NCBI GenBank assembly: GCA_000934665.2
Contig: KZ538224.1
Span: 62,001 to 126,000, forward strand
Length of the DNA: 64,000 nt
From: Catajapyx aquilonaris
Taxonomy: Eukaryota
Direction of reading: 5' to 3'
The position numbers and the translations under genes are program-made. Below, in pieces: positions 1 to 12,466 of this stretch. Position 1 is the first letter of the stretch. Each line of letters begins with the position of its first letter. The notes under the pieces were generated by a model, which saw nothing but the letters and a program-made list of their open reading frames with translations, did not search any database and had not been told where the DNA came from.

Positions 1-133
1 GATCCATGAAGCAGCTTTCTTCTTCGGCTCAGGACCAGGACACCCACAAATATGAGGAGAAGAAGAAGCAACACTGCGCTGAGGACACCGATGGTCACTT
101 CGACCACTGCACCTCCACCGTTTTCTGCAGCGA
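1..133 (-). CDS. Ddr: DDR transmembrane exon (runs off the window edge): (I)AAENGGGAVVEVTIGVLSAVLLLLLLIFVGVLVLSRRRKLLHG
   Basis: Long polypyrimidine tract (about 145-170) then ggttcag|TC; phase 1 matches the upstream donor. About 22 hydrophobic residues followed by an RRRK stop-transfer signal. Not in the ORF track in this frame. Confidence 0.9.
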
Positions 134-3100
134 CTGAACCACCCAAAAAAAAGAAAGAGAGAGAAAAGACAAGAACATTTTGGTCAAAAGGTCAGATCTT
201 GATCCTTGATTTTTACTGCTAAAAAACTGAGATTGTCTGGCCCACAAAATGTTGCAATTTCGCAAGGCTCCTCCTGAAATCGCAATACTTTGGGACAATC
301 ATCGTGTAATGTTGGACGTCCCGCACATTTATGGGCGGAGGATATTGGTAGTTGGGCAATAGGACGGAAATCTGAGGGAAATCAAACGAGGGGCATTAAA
401 CCTCCCCACTTGACCCACATACATGAAACCCAAGTCCTATAGATGCTGAACGTTGTAAACTCGCCCAACTTACATGGCTGAACTATTTGCGAACTCACGT
501 CAGATCCGGAGGGATTGCTCCGGAGAATGTTCCTGCTCGATGTGCAAAATTTTGGCAATCGGATCGAATGTTATCAAGTATTGAACTATGACGCGATGTG
601 TTTACGAATCGGTCTGATTGATGCAGGTAAATATTTCCAGAGCGAGACAAAAAGAAACTGGTGATACATTACCATACACTCTACATCGGAGCGTGTCGGC
701 TTGGTTACATTAGCCCCCGATCGATCTAATAGATTCGTTTTCCGATAGAAAAAAAAACAATGGGCCCTCACGCCAAGGTCTTTTTTGCTGCTAATGCCAT
801 CATGACTCCATTTCTGCATCACAAAAAGTGATTTACACTCACAATAAGGTGTACCAGATAATAAAACCTGCATGCAGTCCGCAGTATATCACGCGCACTG
901 TACAGGGGCGGTTCCAACCAGGCGTATCAATAACCCTGCCTGTGAAAAAAAAACTCTTTAGTGTCAACACACGTTTTGGAAAAGCATTGACGTTAAAGCC
1001 TTTTTAGTTGGGAGGGACAGAATTTGGGCCAGCACACCCTGCGTGTCAAAAAATGCATGAAACATGCACAGATGTGACAACACCTACAATTATTCAGCCG
1101 TTACATTTTGACAGTACTAAATATTAGTGTGCAAACATTTCACTCTTCACAGGATCGATTTGTTGTTTTAAAAATTCCGTTATCATTGGATGAGGCCCCG
1201 TGCAAGGCGGCAACAAGTGTGGCAAGAGAGGCGCATAGGTTAGCTAACTGCCAGGATGAAAGGGTTCAAGGACGAACCTTTGTCTGATTTAATTTGTGAA
1301 AAGAAATTACATTGGAGTGTTTATAAAGGGCTTGGATTAAGCAGTTGTAACGAACTGTACGCGTTTCTTAACATTGCACTGTAGTTCACTGGCGGAAATT
1401 ATTGGGTTTTCTCAGCCACTTAAGTTCTCAAACAGCCAACACCCATTAGGATTAAGGGGGAGTAATTAATCCGCGCAACGACTCGTCCGCAATGAGAGCG
1501 AATCAATGGCGATTATAGCGATTATTTAATCCGAATTAACCTCTCTGAAAATTCAAGCGCAAAGTTGGAGCTCAACCTATCAGTCATCTGCAAAAAATTA
1601 AACACATACTAATTGTGTGTTTTTATACAATTAAGGATGGAAACACGTTCACACTAATATGCCAAATATTCAAATTTAGGATCAGATAAATTTTAATTAA
1701 TGTTTAAAATAAGCCTATTTAAAATCAAATGATGAGTCATGAACCTTCAAATTTTTTATACCTTTATCAGCTTTGTCAGGTGCACGTAGTTCCGTAATGA
1801 ATATAATTTTAGTCGGAATAATGCGGCCGAAGTTTTTACCGGAACCCAATGTTATTAAGAAGCAGGAAAAATCACAGAAGGAATATGGATTTCTAGGAAC
1901 AAAGTAGCAAAAATCAGTTTTACTGACCGTAGCATTTTTTTGACGAGAGAAATTCCCTTTCCTTTTGTTGGAAGGTTTTTGAACACAATCTATATAGGAC
2001 TCCGATAAAACTTTTTTTTCCGTCCTTTTTTCCAGCAATGGTATAAAAAGGTCCCTCTTTTTTGCGGGAATATTTTCTACTAAGCTTAGTGAGTCGCGCG
2101 AATGCAGGAAACCCTGCAGCTGATCGTAACTTTTAAGGCTGCAGATTTATTCACTGGGAACACTCGATAGCAAATCAATAGCCCACAGAAGCACTCTCGG
2201 AAAACTTTATTGGATACCGTTGAAATCCGCGATTCTGAAATGGCCTTAAACATCGGCCAGGAGCCCACATTTTGTACCGCATTACTTCGCCGCAGATTCG
2301 CATTTCTCAAGGCGATGTATTGCCCTCGAAATTGGCGAATCCGCTGTAAACATTTGTACCATTGTGCCCTGGAACGAGCAAATAATAATCATCGCTTTGG
2401 CCGCGATCGTGGCTAATGTTGTCAGCAGTAATAACTCTCTAAGTCGAGTGAACTTTTTTTTTTGTAAAAATAAGAGAGCTAATCCTTTTTCCAACGTTAA
2501 AGGCAATCAACTGTACCCCCGCAACTACCTCCGTTGAATTACAAATCGCCCGTGGGCATAGAGCAATCAATCTCGAAAAGCGTGGGTGGTTTTGCATTCT
2601 AATCTTTAGTACCCAGACTCATGCCTGGCATTAATTGAATCCGTTGTCGTCGTCATGATAAACAAATTATTATACCGATCGATGACGACTTTCAAGCAGA
2701 CTCATTCTGAGTCAAATTGTTGGCTACACAAACGTACCCACAGGGTGTTCCATTAACCAAGCAACCAGTTCTGGATTGCAAAAACCTATTGCTTTAAACT
2801 TCGAAAAAAAAAAGATCAGTCTCCATGGGCACAATATAAGACTTTTAATGCTTATCCTAAGTTTTAATGGTCAATAAAATAAGGCCCTTCAAGATACCCC
2901 GGAGAACAAAAACCACTCCCCAAAATAATAGGTAACAATAAAGCTATTAATTTGCATGGCTGCCTGGGTCGGTCTAGTTCTCCATTGGAGATGTATTGTC
3001 CCTAGAGAGGCATTGTAATGCTGCAATGCAGCTGAGACATTCTCTCGGTTAGAGAGTGGGGGTCTTCAGAGGGAGAAAAAGAAAGAAAGACGAGAGACAA

Positions 3101-5357
3101 GGAAACTTTATCTGCCTAACCAATTTCAGTTGGAAGGTTTTTCCTACCGTGGAGGAATAAGAAGCAAAAGAAAATTTGCGGTGGTGTGGTGCACATCAAA
3201 AAGGGGATTTTTTAGAATAAAAAAGAGAGCATCAGGCGAACAGTATGCTTTGTGTTAATTGATTTTGACGAGGATGTAATGGAGAGGGAGAATACTAGGT
3301 TTCATCGTGCACATGCATTGAATAAGCGCAATAATTCACGTTTTCAGTTTAATGTGACCGACTAAAGCGCGGGTGCTGTAAAGAAGACCTGAAACGCTTA
3401 GGCATTGTTAGAAGAGTGGAAATGATAAACACTCTATATGCCACATTTTTGAAGCTGAGAAAAGCCATTCATGTGTATCCTATCCGAAATGTTACTCTTT
3501 TTGCTGAACATGGCATCGCAGATGCAACATACAATCAAAGCACTTGGCCAGATGCAATAATAGTGAACATATGTCACTGCTTAATACTAAAAAGCCACGG
3601 CCATATGTGACGAAACAAGAATGCTGTAAGTGCCAGGGGACCGTTTCCTCATTAAGGGTGTAAGTGCCAGTATCTCACACTAACATTATCATCATGTAAA
3701 TAGGACAACATGGACTTACAACCTATGCTATCTTTGGGGAACTCCTGCTATCAAATGAGCAATCTGGGCCATTTGGAGGTTTCCTATGCTGGGAATTGGC
3801 CTTAGCACACAGAGCGCTTTTGATGAATAGTCTCAAAATTTTTACATTTGGCACTTAGAGCCTTTATCATTTCCACTCTTCGTTTAATGCAAACCCTGAT
3901 GCCGTTTTATGATATCAAGTATTCTGTACAATAAATATTACAGTACAGAGTAGAGCACACTTTAAAAATAATTTCATAACGGATAACGAAGTCTTTCAAA
4001 CTTTAAGCTAATTCTGCATTTCATGTCGTTACTCTAGTCTAGCCATAAATTTAAAGGGAAATGCAACTATAAAAGAATCAGTGAACTGCAGCACATCAGT
4101 ACTTCAATTACGAGTTGCTTGGATGCTCATAATTACAGTATAGTCAGTACAGTGCAGTGTGGTGCAGTACTGTACACGGTCGAAATGAGTCTGCTGAACT
4201 GTAAGCTTCGAAATATTCACAGACAACTTTTTATAGCCGTGAAGTACCACATAACAGGCAGGTAAAACTATGCTACAGTGTCTGCAGAGAAAAGCTTGTT
4301 TCTGTGAAGAATAGTTTTGTTGGAGTTGAAACAAACAGCGCGATTATTTCCATCTTAATAATATTGTTACAACTGCGTACTTTTTGTCATTTTAACATCT
4401 AGCTAACAAAAATAGTAGGCCTACAGTTTACTTTCCCACAGGTTAACACGGAAGTTGTTGCTTTTGTCTTCGCATTGTTGTCGTTTGGATTCGCCAGTTA
4501 GTGACAACAGCGTGTGATCTTACCTTGTAGTTACAAACCTGCTACAAACTTTATACGAGTTTCATTAAATTTGGTGTAATTTCATTTTCACTGTCAACTT
4601 CATTTTCAACTTTCATTGTCAACCGTGTATGTAGTAGGCCTACAAAGCACTAGTTTTTCCGTTACAAATTATTTTTGCACCAAACCCGTGCCATTGACGA
4701 GAGTGTGGTCATGTGAGATCGGTGTAAATATCGCACACTCGGACCACATGCACACAAAATTAACAGACTGACTGAAACTGTGCTACAACGCTGCGGATGA
4801 TATCGCTTTCATCTGCCGCGGTAATTAATTCAAATAAAACTAATAATAATTAGACTCTCACTGACATTTGCGCCGGGGGATAATGAGATAGGAATTTTAT
4901 AGCGGGACAGGTAAATAAACCGAAAACCGGTTTGCGCTGAAACGCAATACAACCCAGGCCCATGCCCATCGTTTTGGATGTATTGGTGCTCAGGGCAGGA
5001 AGTAGTTGTTTGGGCCAGATAATTCCCGAGTTTTATGGTTTAGCAAATGGGCTTTGAATGCCGGGATCCTATGTCGATGATGCTCCAGTGTCAGTGTCAA
5101 TGAACAACCATTTAGCGCATTGAGATACTGTAAGTAGGATGGAAGTGTAATTGCAATGATTGATGCCTAACCGCATGTGCGACCGGTCTAAAACCTGCAA
5201 CGAGCCTCTGTGTATTCAACTACACCACGAGGGATAGGCCGTAAGCGGATAAAACGTGCCCGGTTCTATCCTTTTCATCTGTCAAAAAAAAGGGTTATGA
5301 CAATACTATTTTTTGCACGTGAAACTCGTTAGAAAAAGTCCAATGAATTATTACAAT

Positions 5358-5480
5358 CAAAACTTGGCAACACTGCTCAGGCTGTCCGTCAGGTATCATC
5401 TCCCTCACAATAGATGGCGCATCCTCCCTCTCTGCATACTACTGCCACTATCAGGGTCATGCGGTGGAAAGTGATACTAC
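5358..5480 (-). mobile_element. Helitron-like family A, partial copy
   Basis: Contains ttggcaacactg, tagatggcgc (5411), ctctctgcatactactgcc and gtgatactac blocks shared with other copies. Confidence 0.7.
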
Positions 5481-5484
5481 AACT

Positions 5485-5657
5485 CCGGAGTCGAATCTTA
5501 TTTCGTCCAGGTGTAATTTTGCACTTCAGACTTTCATTTGGAGTGCAAATTACTTAATTTTTAATTAATATAATATTAAAATGCCGTACCAGCTGGAGTG
5601 CATGTAACAATTTTGGAGTTCAAATTGAACCTTTGCATCCGAATATTTCGACCCCTG
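5485..5657. mobile_element. Putative hAT-like MITE (family E); related copy at about 39263-39474
   Basis: Ends ccggagtcgaa / ttcgacccctg form a 9/11 inverted match. Shares ccaggtgyaa, cacttcag, ctggagtgca and tttgcatccgaat blocks with 39263-39474, which starts cagggttcgaa. The TSD is degraded, so the superfamily call is inference. Confidence 0.45.
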
Positions 5658-7381
5658 CTACCCCCAATTTAATCTCCATCATTTCTCCACCAAAATGTCC
5701 GGAGTGGTTGGCCCCCAAGTCGTAAGGTGGCGCAGTAACAAGTCTTTTCACCTGCATGTGTCCCCAAGTAATGAACCCGCAAGTGGCTTTTCCAAGCCCT
5801 GCTGTTGACCCGGGCAGTAAAACCCAACCCATGCAGCCCTGACGAGGGTGTGCTCATCTTTTAGCCTCCCAGAAGACGACAGAAAGATACAGGCTTTCGC
5901 AAAAGGGACAAGCCAAGTGGCTCTAAAAGGACCATGGGAAAAGCCCCTACCAGACGCGATTGGATTGTCCAGAGGCCTTCACCGATTTATGGACACCTTT
6001 TTTTTTGGGGGGGGGGGGGTCATCCCTGAGGGGCTCGAGAAAACTGGTGTCACACAGGCTTGTTTAGAAGTCGTTACACGCCCATTGCAGCCGCCGTGCA
6101 TTAAACGAGGAGTGAATGACCCTTGATGCCATACCCGCAGCATCAAAAAAGGATTTTCATATCATCGGGGTTGGGCTCTCTGAATCATTCGGAAATATCT
6201 GCGCAGGTCCAGTATTGTGTATCGAGCATAAAACTAGAGAGAGCCAAGCCTCGGTGTAAGCTTTAATTGAATCCGATGGGGCGGGCCTTAATTGCGCTCA
6301 AATTTCGCTTTCAACTCTGACTGCAGGCACACCGCACATACATACACATACCCACACACGTACTAATAATTTTCTGCCTACGTGCATTATGCGTTTTGTA
6401 GAGTGTACAGCCCCCCACTCTTGTGGACCACACACAATTCAAGTGTACAGAGGATGTGTAATGGAATTATTATTCACTCTTTTTTTTGTAACTGTTTGGA
6501 GTTATAGCGCTTTCATATATGATTGGCCGGAGAAATGTTTCGAAAATTTTGCTGGAAAGGGTGGGAAAATTTCAATCGCAGTTAACGTGCTTTGTAGGCG
6601 AAATTTTCGATGGAGTTGGCTAAAAAAAACTCGGCTAAATTAATGAATGGGAAACCTGAGGCGGACCAAATTTGATTTAAATGCAGTGAATCATGCACTG
6701 AAAAAACTTTTCAATTACCTGTACATTACAAGTTTTTTTTGACAATTACTCAGCCAGTAAAAAATAGCATTAGTGATCTATGACCCAGATTTCATAACAG
6801 GCAATTGACTTGGCAATTGATGTATTTAAGCGCCAGTATGAACAAACGTGGAAAAATTACCGTTAGCCCTTGAACGCCGGTTAAAATGTGCGAATAGTGA
6901 ATTAAAGCTGGAGAAAGCTATAATCAAATAAATAATGTAGATGAAAATTCATTAATAATAATACTACTAGATAAAAATAAAGTGACTATGCTGCTGCTGG
7001 TGTAAAGTCGTCCCTTCGGTCTCTTTTTGATAAAAATACATAGGCAACGAGAAGGAGGACTTAACGGACAGTTAAGCATAACTTGACGCGATTTTCCGGA
7101 AGACTGCGTAACGTGCATCCAGGTTAAGCTGAACCTGACATCTGTAGCCAGGCATGTCTCCAGATGGTAAGGTGCACCGCCGCCGCACTTCTGGAGCCCT
7201 GAATAAGCAAAACGGGGCTCACCCCAATTACGGCAGGTTAAAGGTCATAAAGGCCTGGGCCTTGGCAAATGCTCCCGAGATGACAAAGGCGGAGTCTCCT
7301 TTAACGTCGGCCAGAAAGGTCATAAGGTAATAGGCCGAGTGCAAGGAAGGACCCACTTTCCCCCCCTCCCATGCAGATGTA

Positions 7382-7458
7382 CAGGGTGATGCACTGCCTC
7401 AAGACACCAAAGTACTGGATTGTTCGCTCCAGCAGGAACCAGCATGTGGATCACCCTG
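7382..7458. mobile_element. 77-bp Tc1/mariner-type mini-MITE
   Basis: TA|CAGGGTGATGCAC...GTGGATCACCCTG|TA: 12/13 TIR with TA on both sides. Confidence 0.65.
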
Positions 7459-8814
7459 TAGGCCTCTTCCCAAGTCTGTGTTGCGTTTGACCTGGAGAGA
7501 AAGGAGCGGAGTGGAATGGGCCAGCTGAATGACTGGCTATGAAGCCTCCTTTCTCCATGGCTGCCGAAGCGCTATTTCGTGTTGTGGGCTGGAGCTTCAT
7601 TCGCAGCTAAGACCCCCGTTTTCTAGCTAGGCCCAGGCCTAAGATGATTCAAGGCTTGGCAAATGGAAAGGCAGCGCCCATAAACCCCTTTACACGAGTT
7701 AGAGAGGGAAGAGACGTATCCTAGGAGCCAGCAAGCGACTAAAATCTAACGACTGGAACGTGCTTTGTGCTGCCTCTTTCGTGACCTCTTCCGCACATTT
7801 CCTCCTCTCGGGCCTCAATTATGTATGATTTACTTCCAGACTGTTGGTCAAAGTTGGAGGAATTGTAGGGGGGGAGGGGCTCCCCTTATATATTGTAAAG
7901 CTGAATGTTATATAACGCTTTGAGGGTTACTGCACTCCGTACCTGAGGTTCATATTATGCGAGGTTGCGAAATCTTCTAACAAAGGCAGCTTTTTGTGCA
8001 GCTTCACTGAATGAAATATCCTTTAAATGAGGAAGGCATTGCGTGATTTTAAGAGATACACGTGTTGCGTGGGTTGAGCACCTGGAAGCCACTGAAAGCT
8101 GTGGGAACAAAACTGTTGCTTTTTTACAAAGCACGAACGAGCAGTTCACTCTATAGTTTTTGCAAAAATATATGGGCCAGCAGATGTGGACTCTTAACCC
8201 TCCAGGCTCTTTTTTTAGCACTGTAGGCCACGATGTATAGACCCTGAGCCCTGCAAATGCAATTTTTTTTTGTTCCCGATGCGTTTGAACATCGTAACTC
8301 AATTTGGGAAGCCGGATTGTATGAAACACTTGCATTACAAGAGCTTTGCATGTTGGCGTGTGATCCAACTTTTTTTTTGCCCAGCCATCCTCTTTGAAGT
8401 GATTGCAGTATATTTTGGCCACACCTGAGCAATCAGCTCCTGCATGATGAACTCCCAGAGCCTTCTACCTCACTGCATTTCCTGTTGTTGTAAAAGTACG
8501 CTTTGGGCCCAAACACATGCCCAAAAAAATGTGCCACACACATTTCGCAATAACATGTTAGGGTAGGTTAGGAAACACAAAGTAGCATATCTCATGATCT
8601 ATCGTACCTTTTTACACCCGAGTAAAGTGCAGCGTAAAAGCTTCAATTTCTCACCATTCGTCAGATAACCGCGACCTTTGAACGTCTGTTTTTAGGAAGA
8701 GGCATCCCTCCCGTAAAAGCTCGGTTCTTAATCTGTCCGCGCCCTTTCTACTCTTCTTTTTTTCTCGAACTAACAACGTTTTTTTACTACATCCCATAAA
8801 GAGGGTCGACTTAC

Positions 8815-8931
8815 TGGTTTCGAAGGTCTCCTGTTCTTCCCACGGGGCTTTGGAATTGCTGGACTGGACCGGAACCTCCTCAGTACTCAGATCCGGACCC
8901 ACTTCGGGAGTGAAGTTTCCACCGGCAGGAA
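8815..8931 (-). CDS. Ddr: DDR exon (117 nt), extracellular juxtamembrane stalk: VPAGGNFTPEVGPDLSTEEVPVQSSNSKAPWEEQETFET
   Basis: Acceptor ctttgtccacag|TT, donor ACCA|gtaagt. Phase 1-1 fits both neighbouring exons. S/T/P/E-rich stalk with an NFT sequon. Weaker family motif support than the other exons. Confidence 0.8.
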
Positions 8932-11863
8932 CTGTGGACAAAAGACAAGGACAGGACACCATCAGATTCGTAGAACACACACAGAATCTCGGGGTTCTTG
9001 CTTGGACCTCCTTTTAAATGTTCCATGCGTCTTTCTGGAGGGGGCTTCGCTGCAGGATTTCATGTTTAATTCAGAGCCCCCGGGTGGTTATTGTGTCCAC
9101 AAACTCAACCCCCGCCACCCACCCTCCAACCCACTTTAAGCCCATTCCTGTAGTCTACACAACACGCTCTAAAATTGATGGGATGAACTAGATTATTTAC
9201 TTGCTTAACTTGACTACCCAGCCTCAAGCAGCATGAGGTCGAGCTGGTGTGGACTTAGACAATGGCAGCTCTTGGGAGCGTACAGGACAATTCATCCTGG
9301 AGAATCCCAGCAAAGTATTTAAAAATACATCAACAAATTACTGTCTAAAATAATAAGCAACAAATCATATTAATTATTGAACCACACGCACACGACGGTT
9401 ATTCATAATAATCAGTGTGTTGTATGCTGCGTTCATGCCTGATTAAAACACGTGGAAATTGCTAGAGACTGATCCTCTCCGGGTGATAAAATTATTTAGC
9501 TTTTTTGTGATCCACTCCCTAGAAAATAAACACTACAGGGCAAGGACTGCTTAATCCCTGGTAATTCGAGCAGGAGTGAAAGACAATATTTATCCTGTCA
9601 CACGCAATTTTTTTTCTGTCTCTCTAGCTGTGTCGAGCCAATTTGAACGCGAGGGTTATCCGCAGAAAAATCCTGGCTTGAGGGATTGTATCAACGAGAT
9701 TGAACCGATTCATATTTTTGATACACGCATGCATATATAGGAAATCGATATGAGAGGGTGGGAGTTGGAAGAGAAGAAAAAAAAAGGACGAGGATCTCAA
9801 AAATAAAATAAAAAGAAGAAGCTGGAGGGGCTTCTAAAGACTGCGCTTGCAGGACGAAGAGCTTTTCGACTCCATTCTGCTGAAGCACAACCTACTTTAC
9901 TACCTTCTGATCTCGATACGTCTGATATGCGCGACTTTCCTTTGTAGAAAGGATTTCAAAAAGGAGACTGGTAAAAAGCCTGGCATGAACCATTTTTTTT
10001 GTTCTGATCATGTCTGACATGCACTGATTTATTAAACATTGTAAACTAAAATTACTGCCCGTTACACAAGTAAGTGTTAAAATATTTGAGACTGTGGCTA
10101 GCCATAATTCGCGAAAAGTAAGATCCGATTAGTCCAATTTTTTTTTTGCTGTCATGCGGAGTCCATATTAGCGCAAGGCTCATTTCCGGGCCTCCCCCAA
10201 TTTTTAGGGCAGTTCAAAAGCCATGGAACCAGGGGTTTTCTCATTACTACTTTAGACCTCTCCGGACTGACAAATGGCCAGGAGACATGCGGTAATCACG
10301 CAGGTAAAAATGCCCTCGCCTTTTTCCAATCGGGGCAATGTGGTTCCAGTTTCGAACCACTTTCTTCCCCATAGCTCTCTCGCTCAAAGAAAAATAAACT
10401 TCGAAAAAAAGGCCCTATGGCTTTATAAGTAACAGTCTTTTTCTAGCTGTCCCCTCCCTATATATTTTTTCCCTTCCCCAGCTATTTCTCTCTCTTTTTT
10501 TTTACCGAGGTAGAGCTAGGGCTTTATTATTGCTCAGGCTCACTGGACTGCACGGAATGATGGTCATGGAGAGTGGGGCAGCTGCCATCAACCGGCGCGG
10601 CTTCCAATTCGGCCATAACTTCCCCGAGATTATTGCTCTTGTAGTGGAGGAGAAGAAACTCCACAAACCGTCAGGAGTTTTGATGCCAAAAAATCCCGAA
10701 CGATCAACCCCCCGGTCCTGTAGGAGGAAAAATGGAATAAAAAATTAATGAGAATGCAGCCACGGGAAGCCTGCCAGGGTTGTACTCACATCGCAGTCTC
10801 AATCAATACGCTCGCGTTTTTTTTTTTTAAATATAAAAAAACGAAAAATGGGAGGCTAGAAATTGAAGTTCCATCATGCCTATCCTGCAAAGGCTATAAA
10901 AATAGTGCAGAACCATCAATGTGACATTTAGGTCCAAATTGAGTTGGCATTGTGTAACATAGTCCTGATGGTCAAGTTATCTGTAACAGTTGCAGTAAAA
11001 TGTTTGAATTAAGAAATCCAGTTACTGTTAGGCAAGAATTCATATTTTCGACATGCTCTGCAGTATTAAGCACAGCAGCACATATTAAAGCAGTAACAAG
11101 ATGTTGCTTGCTTATAAAAGCACCTGGTCAGCCTGAGTGTCACATGTGTCCACCAAGAATGACCCGAAATTCAAAAGGCCCAGCTGGTTTTGCTGGAATT
11201 GTCAAAACGAGCAGGTTTTGCACACCAAAATGATTCGCTTTTATTTTTGGAAAGGTGGTGTTTTCGTGGAGCAAAATTTACTTGTAGGAAAAGTTGAGAT
11301 CTGCTTGTTTCCTTCGACAGATGTCCAGGAAGGCCCCCAAAAGCTGGGAAATGCTGGCAGGTATCGCAGAATTATACAGGCCCGGTCTTGGGGAAAAGGA
11401 GCAGTTGATGAAAAATTCATGCCTTCTTATCTTGGAAGCAAGGGTGGTAGGGGCGAAACGTGGGAGATAAGCCCATCAAAAAAAGGGGGGGAAAAAAGAG
11501 GCGGTGGAGTAGACGGTTGGTCCTCCTGCGCGATTGGTTAATGACTACCGGCTGTTCTCCCCCACTGCTAATTAAATGGCCTTACTTTCCCCCCCTCCAC
11601 CCGCCATCAGCCCCCGCCGAACCTCGCCTGCTACTTCTTTATTGGTTTGCAAGGAATATTAATCTTTTGCATAATAAACTGCCTGGCCGAAATTGGAAAC
11701 GTTGGGGCGAGCTGCGATCGACCGAGAATGCGTAATGGTGGTGGTAGTCGTGGGTGAAGGGAAAAAAAGGGGGGGGGGGGGAACGGGAGGAGAAATTTGG
11801 TGGGGTCAAAGTTGAGAATTATCCTTAATCCCAGGGTTCAAATTGGTGTAATAAGGCCACATA

Positions 11864-12052
11864 TCTTACATGTGTACATGTATAAAGCAGAAAGTTTGTA
11901 CATTATATGTTTGTCCCACCCACCTAATCCACTTTCGGACTACTGAGAGTGCTGAAACTTGCCACACTGATGACTTACATTCCGAAGATGTAGGGAAAAT
12001 GCGAAAACCGCACTTTTTTAGTCTAAATACCATAAATTTATGATTTTACTAG
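11864..12052 (+). mobile_element. Helitron-like family B copy
   Basis: A|TCTTAC...tataaagcagaaagtttg...tgtttgtcccacc...ggactactg...ctgaaacttg, homologous to the reverse complement of 58840-58928. Palindrome cataaatttatg lies just before the terminal CTAG|T. Confidence 0.65.
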
Positions 12053-12466
12053 TCTTACATAGAATTAGCTTGGGTCTGGGCCTCTGTTTGTCTCCAGTGA
12101 GTGATGTGGCATCTATGTGAGACTATACGGATGATTTTTAACGAGTGCAACCTAGTGCGCACCAACACTCGCGCAGCTCCATTGTTCTGTCAACAGCGTT
12201 GCCAGAGTTACACCCCAAGGGCCACCAGTAGCCTCTGAGGTTAGTTCAAGAGTTTTGGCAACGTCGAACGCATATTGTACCCCTCCAAGCGTAGCGTTAG
12301 AAGTAAGTGTAGGCCCACTATACAAAAAGCTTACCAACTATTATTGAAAATGCAAACTATGCAATCTGCTCGAACTAAGGTGCGCACTCGGTTGCGTTCG
12401 TAAAAAAGACTTAATCTAAACGTCCACAGGCGGCATTGTTGCTTAGTTTTTGTATGAAAATACTAG
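12053..12466 (+). mobile_element. Helitron-like family A copy interrupted by a family C MITE
   Basis: 5' TCTTACATAGAATT...ctctgtttgtc...gtgagt...catctatgtga. After the insertion it resumes acgtccaca...ggcattgttgc (compare 49155-49185) and ends CTAG. Confidence 0.7.
12135..12407 (+). mobile_element. Family C MITE (~270 bp, ~27-bp TIRs)
   Basis: Left ttttaacgagtgcaacctagtgcgcacc; right ggtgcgcactcggttgcgttcgtaaaa (inverted). Internal cgcgcagctccattgttctg and gttgccagagtta blocks are shared with 5 other copies. Confidence 0.8.

Noticed and set aside
4104..4560. Possible THAP or zinc-finger transposase remnant (FLCRHC)
   Set aside because: No complete motif in any frame and no termini identified.
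4413..4644. 13-bp direct repeat tagtaggcctaca flanking about 205 bp, as a retro-insertion TSD
   Set aside because: No poly(A) tail, Pol III boxes or second copy of the interior; the core is a simple palindrome.
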